Of a DNA stretch of 64,000 bases, positions 8,723 to 17,337 are shown one piece after another. Origin of the DNA: Candidatus Poribacteria bacterium (lineage in GTDB: Bacteria > Poribacteria > WGA-4E > WGA-3G); assembly GCA_965205015.1 (NCBI GenBank), contig OZ242029.1:2944001-3008000 (forward strand), given 5' to 3'. Position 1 is the first letter of the stretch. Each line of letters starts with the position of its first letter. The notes under the pieces are model-generated. The model saw only the letters and a list, made by a program, of their open reading frames with translations, had not been told where the DNA came from and searched no databases. The position numbers were made by a program, and so were the translations under genes.

Positions 8723-10630
8723 TCAGGCGTTCAAGCCGAGTTGGGCACTCAATTCTATGATGCGTCTGGTAATGCCGGTTTTATCAATCCGATTGCTATC
8801 CACAAATTCTTGGTATGGGGGCAACAGTCCGTCTGGGATCATGATACGGGAATTCGCCTCTCGCAATGCTAACAATCCCATGAAAATCTGCATTTCTGGT
8901 GAGTAGTCGGGTATAAAGTCCTCCAACGCCTGACGGAGATCGGCATCCGTGAGGGTTTCATGTCCATTACGGCGCGCGACGTTGTTTGCGCGTTGAACAA
9001 TCAGGAATAGATCTCGCGAAGTCAACCCATCCATTGCGGAATCTCCGACAAGTGCCCGGAAGTTGAGTTGGTCAGCGGCTTGTCCTTGACAGAATATCCT
9101 TAAAATTTCTATTCTACCTTCAGCGATTGGCGGTAGCAGGATTAATTTTGTGTCGAAAATACCGGATCGTCGAAAAATCTGCGGCATCAGGTCTGGACGG
9201 CTCGAGGCTCCGACCCATATCACACGTCCGTGCAAAGATGGATCGTTGATAGCGTTCACGAGGCTCTGCGGGAACGGCTGCTGTTCTTCTGGATGCGTTG
9301 CGGTCCGTGGCGATGCCTGCTCAATATCATCCATAAACACAACCGTGGGTGAAATCCCTCGGATAAAATTAAGAGCGGCATTTAAATTCCGCTCATATGT
9401 GTTTCCATTTTCATTGATATTTACGGTTACCTCGCCGACCTGACTGGCATAGCGGAGTTGGACAAACGTCATGTTCGCCTCACCCGCAAGCAATTTCGCC
9501 GCGTAAACCTTACCGGTGCCGGGAGGACCGAGGAAGAGCATACCTCGCGGCACGCGCCGTAGATCCCGATGTCTCATCCCGTCTGCGATATCCTTAATTG
9601 TCCACATCGCATACCAGCCATCCGCAGAGGCATTCGTGTAGGTTTCACCGAGTTCAAGGATTCCGTGGCTGAAAGTCTTAATGCTCTCGCGTCGGTATCG
9701 CACAAGCGGCTCACCGCCCACCTTTTGTTGGGCAGACGCTGCCTGTTTCACGACATCGTGAATACCAAAGAGGTTAAGGCCTATTGTCTCGCGTGCAACG
9801 GATTCTCTGTCATGCTCGTTTCCAAGGCTTGACCGCATTTGTGACGGTGGATCTGAAATAGCATGCAGATATTCAATGAAATGGAGACGTTGGTTATGGT
9901 CTGGGAACGGGATTTCTATCAGCGGAATCTCCGGATTCACGGTGAGATTCGGATGGATATCAAATGTGTTATGGGTAAGGAGCAGGATGATGTGTTTGCG
10001 CTTTCGGATCTCCAGGTCGGATGCCCAATTCTGTATCTGATTGAAAAAACGTTGCAGATCATCGTTAGAGGCACTGCTCAACGAAGGATCGTTTGGTGCG
10101 AGTTGTTCCAGAAAGTTGATAACCAATCCGACCCTCGCTCTGTCTTGCCGCAACAGATGGTTCAATCTCTCTCGCAACTCCTCAGAAGGTGCCGGATCTA
10201 TGTGCATGAACGGGTCTTCGTGAGGTTTATCTAACGCCAAAGCGGCATTAACTCTGCGGCGCGCAACGTGCGGATCTACCTCGTGCTCATCGATATCTAC
10301 CTCTTCAACTTCCCGAAAACGCCGAAGCGTCTGAAGCCATGTCGCTATACTCTGAAAATGAAAGGCCCCGGTTTTCTCGTACTCCGGGACAACCTCCAAC
10401 ATTTTTTGGGTCGCTCGCCACCGCCCAATATTCGGCAGATGGATGCCGTGTGATGTATTATAGCCGAGGACGAGTTCACAGCCCAGCATATTGAGCTGCT
10501 CCATGAGATATTCCGTCGTCGGCAAGTAGCCGTAAGCGTCGTCATATAGCAGGTCTTGGACGTTAAAGTGGAGGAGAAATTGGTGTGCAGACCCGGCATC
10601 GTAGTGTCTTTTTATCTGTTCCCAAAACAT
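8723..10630 (-). CDS. AAA+ family protein (two-domain, catalytic motifs degenerate)
   Basis: PRGMLFLGPPGTGKV Walker A, VVFMDDIE Walker B, GASSRPD, SGIFD; N-terminal degenerate AAA-like region. Confidence 0.8.
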   Translation of the reverse strand: MFWEQIKRHYDAGSAHQFLLHFNVQDLLYDDAYGYLPTTEYLMEQLNMLGCELVLGYNTSHGIHLPNIGRWRATQKMLEVVPEYEKTGAFHFQSIATWLQTLRRFREVEEVDIDEHEVDPHVARRRVNAALALDKPHEDPFMHIDPAPSEELRERLNHLLRQDRARVGLVINFLEQLAPNDPSLSSASNDDLQRFFNQIQNWASDLEIRKRKHIILLLTHNTFDIHPNLTVNPEIPLIEIPFPDHNQRLHFIEYLHAISDPPSQMRSSLGNEHDRESVARETIGLNLFGIHDVVKQAASAQQKVGGEPLVRYRRESIKTFSHGILELGETYTNASADGWYAMWTIKDIADGMRHRDLRRVPRGMLFLGPPGTGKVYAAKLLAGEANMTFVQLRYASQVGEVTVNINENGNTYERNLNAALNFIRGISPTVVFMDDIEQASPRTATHPEEQQPFPQSLVNAINDPSLHGRVIWVGASSRPDLMPQIFRRSGIFDTKLILLPPIAEGRIEILRIFCQGQAADQLNFRALVGDSAMDGLTSRDLFLIVQRANNVARRNGHETLTDADLRQALEDFIPDYSPEMQIFMGLLALREANSRIMIPDGLLPPYQEFVDSNRIDKTGITRRIIELSAQLGLNA

Positions 10631-10829
10631 TTTTTAATTTTACCTTGCGGGAGAACAACGTGGGTTCGGACTTTGACGTGCCTCTCTCGCGAGTCGCCTG
10701 CGCCGTTGTTGCAGGCTACGTTTCCGCTGTGGATGGAGATTACGCTATCTTAATTTTTTTTTTGCTGGATATACATCGCGAGTAAAACTCGCTTCTACAG
10801 CAAGGGGCGTAATCTATAAGGATGGAGAT

Positions 10830-10983
10830 GTGGGCGCGCTTGGATGAAGATTAAGAATTTAATTCGGTAATATGTGGGCAGGCACAAGACCTGGGGAAAC
10901 ACCCAAGCAAAAACCCCCTACAATGTCTTTTTTGGGATAGGATTACCGAAATATTTATTTAAACTTCATGAAAGCGCGCCTAC
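10830..10983. mobile_element. Nested REP / MITE-like element
   Basis: 28-bp imperfect TIRs at 10844-10871 and 10942-10969 (22/28 match) lie inside a split hairpin GGCGCGCTT..AAGCGCGCC; internal REP carries a 21-nt insert. Confidence 0.7.
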
Positions 10984-10989
10984 GATGTT

Positions 10990-11778
10990 TTAATGCGTCG
11001 TTTTGATGTTGCCCCAAGTGGTGGCTAATTTCGCGCGAGGATCAACAGACACCCCTAATTCTGATGCCATACCAATCTCGTCGGCACTCAAAGCCCGGTT
11101 CCAAAGAGAAACCTCGTCTATCAAGCCCGCGAAGACATAGTTAAGGCGTTCACAATCCTGCCCGATCCGCCAAGGATCGTCATTAGTTCTCAACACACCC
11201 GGTACTTCGCCTTCCTCGACCGCTTCAGTGTTGATGTAAATTGTGGCTGTTTCGCCATCGTTGGTAAAAGCAACGTGAATCCACTCACCTGTTGGTGGGA
11301 GATCGGTTGCGATGTCGGCTCTACCGCCTTCGGTTTCAAAACGAAGTTTGAAAACACCACTTTCGCTGAACAGACCGTATTGTGTCCTACCTGCACACCC
11401 ACCATGAACGGATTTACCAACAATCTGACGTGTGCCGTTCCAGTGGTCGGCGTTAATCCATGCTGCAAACGTACATTCGTTCACGTTCAAGAGATCCGTG
11501 CTTTCAACGGTGACGAACACATCGCTGCCTTCGCCGCCAAAGCGAAGCGCACCGCCGATTCTTCCAGAGTCCCAATCCGGATTGGAAATTTCACCATCGT
11601 GTCCGTTACCGCTCGCGTCTACAGCGAGTGTGCCTTCCCCTTCATCGTAAGCGTGATGTAGGATAAGCCCATCTGTGAGAGCTGCCGAGACGAAGGGTGT
11701 GAATAACATAGACAGTGCTACTGAGAAACACACAATCCCATAGAATGAGAATCTGCCAGTCAATATTGCGTTCTTCAT
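10990..11778 (-). CDS. Secreted LamG-like jellyroll domain protein (paralogue of 7821-8597)
   Basis: Start MKNAIL at 11778 with GGAGG RBS; shares SDVFVTVEST, RQIVGKSVHGGC and DDPWRIGQDC with the first copy; ends KLATTWGNIK. Confidence 0.9.
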   Translation of the reverse strand: MKNAILTGRFSFYGIVCFSVALSMLFTPFVSAALTDGLILHHAYDEGEGTLAVDASGNGHDGEISNPDWDSGRIGGALRFGGEGSDVFVTVESTDLLNVNECTFAAWINADHWNGTRQIVGKSVHGGCAGRTQYGLFSESGVFKLRFETEGGRADIATDLPPTGEWIHVAFTNDGETATIYINTEAVEEGEVPGVLRTNDDPWRIGQDCERLNYVFAGLIDEVSLWNRALSADEIGMASELGVSVDPRAKLATTWGNIKTTH

Positions 11779-11806
11779 ATTTTGCCTCCTACAAAAAATA
11801 TGAAAT

Positions 11807-11835
11807 ATTATAACAGATTTATGGGATTCTGTCAA
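11807..11835 (-). promoter_or_regulatory. Consensus sigma70 promoter of second LamG gene
   Basis: TTGACA-17 nt-TATAAT on the minus strand. Confidence 0.85.
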
Positions 11836-11862
11836 AGGAAAACAACGCCATCTATTTTTGTT

Positions 11863-11891
11863 TTGACAGCCGAACGACATTCTGCTATAGT
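11863..11891 (+). promoter_or_regulatory. Sigma70 promoter of MATE/rhodanese operon
   Basis: TTGACA-17 nt-TATAGT with extended -10 TG. Confidence 0.75.
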
Positions 11892-12000
11892 GAAACCCAT
11901 AAGCATCACGCCAAAAAGGTACCATCAAACTTCAATTCGGCAAGGAGATTGAGGCGGAAACGGACAGTAACAGCACGAACGAAAAGCCAAGCATCAAGAT

Positions 12001-13374
12001 ATGAGAAAAACACGGGGCGATTTAACCCGAGGGAGTCTCCTAAGACACCTGCTACGGCTGTCAGGACCGATAATACTCAGTTACATGCTGCAAGAGGCAT
12101 TCAACATCGTCGATATGATCTTCGTTGGAAGGCTCGGTGCTGGCGCGATCGCGGCTGTCGGGGTGAGCGGGAACTTAATCCGATTAATCGGCGTTTTCTC
12201 GCTTGGCATTTCAACGGGGACTGGGATTATGGTGGCACAGTATCTCGGCGCGAGGAACCTCGCACAAGCCGAGCACATCGCCCTGCAGTCAATCCTGTTA
12301 GCTGTATTTTTTTCTATCGGTGTAACCCTCGTCGGCTATCCCTTGGCTGAACAAGGGTTACTTGCTGTGAGAATGGTAGACCCAGAGGTGCTAAGGCTCG
12401 GCACGACTTATATGCATATCATTCTCGCCGGTATTAGTACGATGTTTGTGTCGATGACGCTCGGTTCTATCTTCCGTGCGGGGGGCGACACGATCACTCC
12501 GATGGTGGTGCTGATTTTCGCAACGTTGATTAACATTGTGCTTGATCCGTTACTGATCTTTGGTTTATGGGGATTCCCGAAACTCGGCGTTGCAGGTTCG
12601 GCGTATGCGACGCTCATCGGGCGCGGGGCGAGCGTCATTATCCTACTCTATCTCTGTTGGAGTGGACGCGCCCCTGTTTCATTTCGGAGCGTTCGGTATC
12701 AGGTGGATCTGGGGGAAATGCTTGACATTTTAAGGCTTGGCGTTTACAGCTCTATGCAAGGGTTTTGGCGACATATCTCTCGACTCGGTTTCCTGTGGGT
12801 CATCGGTCCCTATGGGAAGACGGTTGTCGCGGCATATACGATCTGTATGCGGCTTCGGATCCTCGTGATGAATCCTGGCTTCGGTATTGCGAATGCGGTT
12901 GTTCCGTTAGTCGGCCAGAATTTGGGTGCGAATCAGATAGGGCGCGCTGAGAGATCGACACGCGTGGCAAACCTTTTAGGGGCTGCGATCATGGCAGTCA
13001 TCGGCGCGGTGTTCTTCCTTTTTCCACAGACGTTCATCCGGATTTTCACACCGGAAACGGATGTTGTTGAGATCGGCATCATTTATCTGCGGTTTCTGTC
13101 CCCGACCTTCGGATTTATCGCCTTTTCGCTCATCTTGGGAAGAGCCCTCAACGGTGCTGGAGACACCTTCTCTCCGATGGTGATTACACTTGCGGCACAG
13201 GTCATCATCGGTTTGGGACTCGTGATTCTGCTTTCACATTTCATCGGACTCAATGGCGTTTGGTCAGGGATCGCCCTCTCGAACGTTGTGCAAGGTATTG
13301 CGATGTGGGTTTGGTACAGTACTGGAAGGTGGAAGTCAATAAAACTTGTTAAAAAGAAACCAAAGGTAGCGTAG
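12001..13374 (+). CDS. MATE family efflux transporter
   Basis: DLTRGS, VDMIFVGRLG, RAGGDTITPM, NIVLDPLLIFG..LGVAGSAYAT; about 12 TMs. Confidence 0.93.
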   Translation: MRKTRGDLTRGSLLRHLLRLSGPIILSYMLQEAFNIVDMIFVGRLGAGAIAAVGVSGNLIRLIGVFSLGISTGTGIMVAQYLGARNLAQAEHIALQSILLAVFFSIGVTLVGYPLAEQGLLAVRMVDPEVLRLGTTYMHIILAGISTMFVSMTLGSIFRAGGDTITPMVVLIFATLINIVLDPLLIFGLWGFPKLGVAGSAYATLIGRGASVIILLYLCWSGRAPVSFRSVRYQVDLGEMLDILRLGVYSSMQGFWRHISRLGFLWVIGPYGKTVVAAYTICMRLRILVMNPGFGIANAVVPLVGQNLGANQIGRAERSTRVANLLGAAIMAVIGAVFFLFPQTFIRIFTPETDVVEIGIIYLRFLSPTFGFIAFSLILGRALNGAGDTFSPMVITLAAQVIIGLGLVILLSHFIGLNGVWSGIALSNVVQGIAMWVWYSTGRWKSIKLVKKKPKVA

Positions 13375-13424
13375 GACACAATATAGCGAACGTGTCCTAC
13401 AAAAAATTCAGGAGGAGTTAGCGA

Positions 13425-14264
13425 ATGATGGAAACCTACAAAGGTTACGTAAATCCACAACTGGTTATCTCTGCTGAGGAATTGAAAGGCACACTCGACG
13501 ACCAAACCTACTGCATCGTCGATACGCGACCGACGTATGAATATATCCGCGGACACATCCCCGGTGCGCTTCATTTAGATCTGTTCGGTTTAAGCCTCAT
13601 TGATACTCGGAAAGAGACATACGATGCCTTTATGTGGATGATAGCATACCTATTTCAGCAACGCGGTCTTGACCCAGGTAAACCGATCGTATGGTATGAG
13701 GACATATCGGGAACGCGCGCCTCGCGGGGGTTTTGGTTTTGCGAGTACTTAGGGCATTCCGAAACCCGTCTATTGGATGGCGGTTTCAAGGCGTGGCTGT
13801 CGGCAGATGGACCTGTGAGTACTGCGGGGGCTGAACCCTCGGAGGTTCCGCCTTTTCCGATAAATGCGCAACACGATATACACATGGATGCCGATGTGAT
13901 CCGGGTCCTGCTAAACCGGGACGACTTTATTCCGCTTGATACGCGCACTGACGATGAACACTATGGTCGGGTTGCCCGCGCAGAGCGTGCGGGTGCTATT
14001 CCGGGTTCTATCCACATTGAATGGCTCAATAATCTTGACGAGGCGGGGGCATTCAAACCTGCTGACGACCTCCGGGAGATGTATGAAGCCGTCGGGATTA
14101 CACCGGAGAAACAGGTCATGTGCTACTGACAGGGGGGCTACCGCTCTTCCCAAGCCTATTTGGCGTTGCGGCTCTTGGGGTATCCAAAAGTGAGCAACTA
14201 CATAGGTTCCTGGAAAGAGTGGGGAGACCGGCTGGATTTGCCGGTCGAAATTCCAGAGGTTTAG
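13425..14264 (+). CDS. Tandem-domain rhodanese / sulfurtransferase, probable selenoprotein (Sec at 14127-14129)
   Basis: GHIPGA, LDGG, GAIPGS motifs; in-frame TGA gives CY-U-QGGYRS at the catalytic position; read-through yields [14 protein letters not shown] (rhodanese C-terminal signature) and TAG at 14262-14264. Confidence 0.88.
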
Positions 14265-14267
14265 CGT

Positions 14268-15113
14268 TTACATTGCTAAATTCCATATCTGCGCGGCAGT
14301 CCCGCCCAAGATACTGTCCCGATCATCAGCTGTGAGGAACGGAAGTCCTTCCCGAATCAGTTGGAGTTCTTGTGCTAAAGAGGGCCAGTTGTGTTTTTGT
14401 CTGTGATGTCCGGGGTAGCCCGTCCCCCATACCGTTCGCTCCGCACTGAAAGCCGACAGCAACTTCTCAATAAACGGATGCACGTCTGTGTAAGGGAAAT
14501 CCTGATGCGAACGTCCGGCGACATCCGAGAGTTTCAAGTAGACGTTATCATAGCGTGCAAGTTCCACGATGGGTTGAAATGCCGCTGCCTCAGCATCTAT
14601 CTGTGGGTAACCCATGTGATCGAGGATAAGTCTCAGATGGGGGTACCGTTGTGCGATAACGGCAACTTGATCCGCGAACTCCGCGCGGAGGTGAAATTGG
14701 ATAACGGCATCCACCGCTGCGATCTCTTCCCACATTGGTCGGTTCTGTCGAGTGAGCAAAATCTTTTCGTCCGGGTAATACATCGGATGGAAGCGGAAAC
14801 CGACTAAACCTCGCTCTTTTATCCAGTAGCGAACCTGCTCGGCGTTGTTCGGATCTTGTGGATCGATCAATCCGTGTCCGATAAACCGATCAGGAAAACG
14901 CGCGACCGAATCCGCGATGTAGCCGTTATCCCAGGTGGACCAACTCGTCTGCACGAGAACTGTCCAGTCTACGCCGTGCGCGTCCATTTCGGCTAAGAGC
15001 TCATCGGCAGTACCGGGTTCATCTGGATAGGAATTCCAAGTCGGTGCAGTGGGGCCGACGGGATACTTCGGGGGATCGATTTCCCAGACATGCACATGGG
15101 TATCTACAATCAT
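14268..15113 (-). CDS. Amidohydrolase_2 family protein
   Basis: DTHVH, GFRFHP, LDHMG, VYLKLS, WGTGYP. Confidence 0.85.
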   Translation of the reverse strand: MIVDTHVHVWEIDPPKYPVGPTAPTWNSYPDEPGTADELLAEMDAHGVDWTVLVQTSWSTWDNGYIADSVARFPDRFIGHGLIDPQDPNNAEQVRYWIKERGLVGFRFHPMYYPDEKILLTRQNRPMWEEIAAVDAVIQFHLRAEFADQVAVIAQRYPHLRLILDHMGYPQIDAEAAAFQPIVELARYDNVYLKLSDVAGRSHQDFPYTDVHPFIEKLLSAFSAERTVWGTGYPGHHRQKHNWPSLAQELQLIREGLPFLTADDRDSILGGTAAQIWNLAM

Positions 15114-15137
15114 CAAATGCTCCTTAACAAATTAGGT

Positions 15138-16340
15138 TTAGAACAGAAACTGAGCATCCACTGTTTCGCCAGCATCTAACGTTGCACCGGATGGAATCGT
15201 GATTAATCCGTTTGCCAAAACGAGCGAATGCAGAATGCCTGAACCCTGGGGTCCTGTTGTTCCGGCAGTGTAATGTCCATTGGATTCTTTGAGAATTGCG
15301 CGCATATAGTTAACGCGTCCGTCTCTGTTGGTAACGGGTTCGGTTAAGGTGGCTTTGAAGGTCGGACGCAATAGATCGGTATGCCCTGCCATTTTGAGGA
15401 GCGCGGGTCGCACAAAAAGTTCAAACACAACGAGCGAAGAAACTGGGTTGCCGGGCAATCCAAAAATAGGTTTTCCGTCCGAGATACCGTAAGCCTGCGG
15501 TTTCCCGGGTTTCATTGCGACGCGCCAGAAGTTAACTTCGCCTAATCTCTCCAATACACTTTTCACATAATCGTGCTCACCCACTGAAACGCCGCCGCTT
15601 GTAATCAAAGCATCCGACTTGGCGAGTGCTGCACGAAAGATGCGCTCTATTTCTGCTTCATCGTCAGGCGCGATCCCCATATCAATCGGGATGCCGCCGG
15701 CTTCCTCGACCTGGGCATAGAGACCATAACGGTTGCTTTCTCGAATTTTTCCCGGTTCAAGCGATTCGCCGAGTAGCAGGAGTTCATCACCCGTTGAGAC
15801 AATCGCAACGGTGGGCTTGCGGTGGACGGTAACCGCTGGGCGATTCAGAGAGGCGAGCATTGAAACTTCCGGCGGACGGAGGTGTTTCCCGTTTCCCATG
15901 ACCTGCTGGCCCACCGCGACACTCTCACCCGTGAAACGAACGTTTCCGGTTTCGTCAATACTCTCAAAAATTTTGACTATATCCCCCTCTCGCTGGGTCA
16001 CCTCTTGCATCACAACCGCGTCGGCACCTGCAGGCATCATAGCACCCGTCATGATACGTGCTGCCTGTCCGGCTGTGACCTGTTTTGTTGGCGCATATCC
16101 CGCGGCAATTGTTTCAACGATTGTGAGAACCGCAGGTTCAGCTTCAGAGATGTTCTGAACATCCGCTGCGCGAACCGCGTACCCATCCATTGCTGAATTG
16201 TCGAACGGTGGAATATTCTCTTCGGCATGCAGTGTCTCTGCGAGAACATACCCCCCACAATTTAGAATTTCCCGCTTTTCCGTGGGTAAAACCGGAATCG
16301 TATTCAGCATCTGCTGGCGGGCTTCTTCAACACTTAGCAT
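15138..16340 (-). CDS. moeA: Molybdopterin molybdenumtransferase
   Basis: PPFDNSAMDGYA, IMTGA, STGDEL, TSGGVSVG, MKPGKP, LPGNPVS. Confidence 0.96.
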   Translation of the reverse strand: MLSVEEARQQMLNTIPVLPTEKREILNCGGYVLAETLHAEENIPPFDNSAMDGYAVRAADVQNISEAEPAVLTIVETIAAGYAPTKQVTAGQAARIMTGAMMPAGADAVVMQEVTQREGDIVKIFESIDETGNVRFTGESVAVGQQVMGNGKHLRPPEVSMLASLNRPAVTVHRKPTVAIVSTGDELLLLGESLEPGKIRESNRYGLYAQVEEAGGIPIDMGIAPDDEAEIERIFRAALAKSDALITSGGVSVGEHDYVKSVLERLGEVNFWRVAMKPGKPQAYGISDGKPIFGLPGNPVSSLVVFELFVRPALLKMAGHTDLLRPTFKATLTEPVTNRDGRVNYMRAILKESNGHYTAGTTGPQGSGILHSLVLANGLITIPSGATLDAGETVDAQFLF

Positions 16341-16530
16341 CTAATTTTTTCTCCTTTGCGTAATCTCATACTAAATATAATAAAGCATCACACCGATAAG
16401 TGCAAGCGCATCTTTTGCCACGCTTATATATTGCGCGATAACACAAATTTTAAAATATTTTTTTTGCCCAAAATCCCAATGATTTCGTGGCATATCGCGA
16501 TCTAATGACCCTCGTATTTTTCAAGTTCAC

Positions 16531-16559
16531 TTGACATCGACACAATCGTATGATATAAT
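16531..16559 (+). promoter_or_regulatory. Consensus sigma70 promoter of metal operon 1
   Basis: TTGACA-17 nt-TATAAT; near-duplicate at 22803-22831. Confidence 0.85.
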
Positions 16560-16613
16560 ATATCGCAAGTTTTTTTGGCAATCTCATTTTCGATAATAAC
16601 ACGGGCATAGGTT

Positions 16614-16973
16614 ATGAGAAACGGCATCGCTTTTCCAAACACGCTTGCCTTTAAGCGTAGTTTGAAAACCGGCATTTTAATAAGTTTATGTTGTTATGTT
16701 GTGCTGCTGAGTGCCATCGAACTCACGCACGATCATCACGAGCATGACGATCCTGACGAACGCTCCCATTCTGCGGAAGCCTGTGCAGCCTGTTTCTATT
16801 GCAGCCAACATCTCGGAGAGGAGGTTGAGTTCTTTGCACTCATCTTTTCATTCCTTCCGATTACGGTGCTTCCGTTTTATGAGGTTACCGTTTTCCTTCC
16901 TTTAAGACTCATCACGAACACGCGCAGTCGTGCCCCACCTGTATTCTCCAATGAACTTCCAGATTTTGTCTGA
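16614..16973 (+). CDS. DUF2946/CruR-like leader protein with His-rich tract, CxxCxxC and RAPP arrest motif
   Basis: Hydrophobic N-terminal segment, HDHHEH, CAACFYC, C-terminal TRSRAPP; paralogue of identical length at 22888. Confidence 0.8.
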   Translation: MRNGIAFPNTLAFKRSLKTGILISLCCYVVLLSAIELTHDHHEHDDPDERSHSAEACAACFYCSQHLGEEVEFFALIFSFLPITVLPFYEVTVFLPLRLITNTRSRAPPVFSNELPDFV

Positions 16974-17066
16974 AGACAAAATCTTTTTCTATTTTATGTT
17001 GCTATGTTGTCCAAAGGGTTAGGGAGTACTTGCACTCGTCCTCCATTTGGGTACCTATGCTTTAAG

Positions 17067-17145
17067 GGTTATCAGTTAAAAGAGGGTGTTTTTACTTGGG
17101 GCGTTCCCTTGTTAAACGAAAACCTCTTAACCTTAACTATCAACT
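17067..17145. repeat. Heptamer-flanked palindromic repeat with a 21-nt insert
   Basis: GTTATCAGTTAAAAGAGG...CCTCTTAAC..AACTATCAACT; insert at 17088-17108. Confidence 0.65.
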
Positions 17146-17337
17146 CGTGCTTTAACACTTATAACGGAGGATTTTTGTTTGCGTGTTTCTGTAGATTTCT
17201 TCAGGTTGATGGTTAAAACCGACGACTGATAACTGAAAACCATTTAAGTTCATTTTACAAAGTAAGAGGGCTTTAGAAAGCCCACACGCGGCTTTTTTCC
17301 CGCCGTGTGCCATCAGATATATATATAGGAGAATACA

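Noticed and set aside
14120-14335. 71-aa ORF or frameshift explanation for the rhodanese end
   Set aside because: The conserved C-terminus is in the same frame as the upstream ORF past the TGA, so no frameshift is needed
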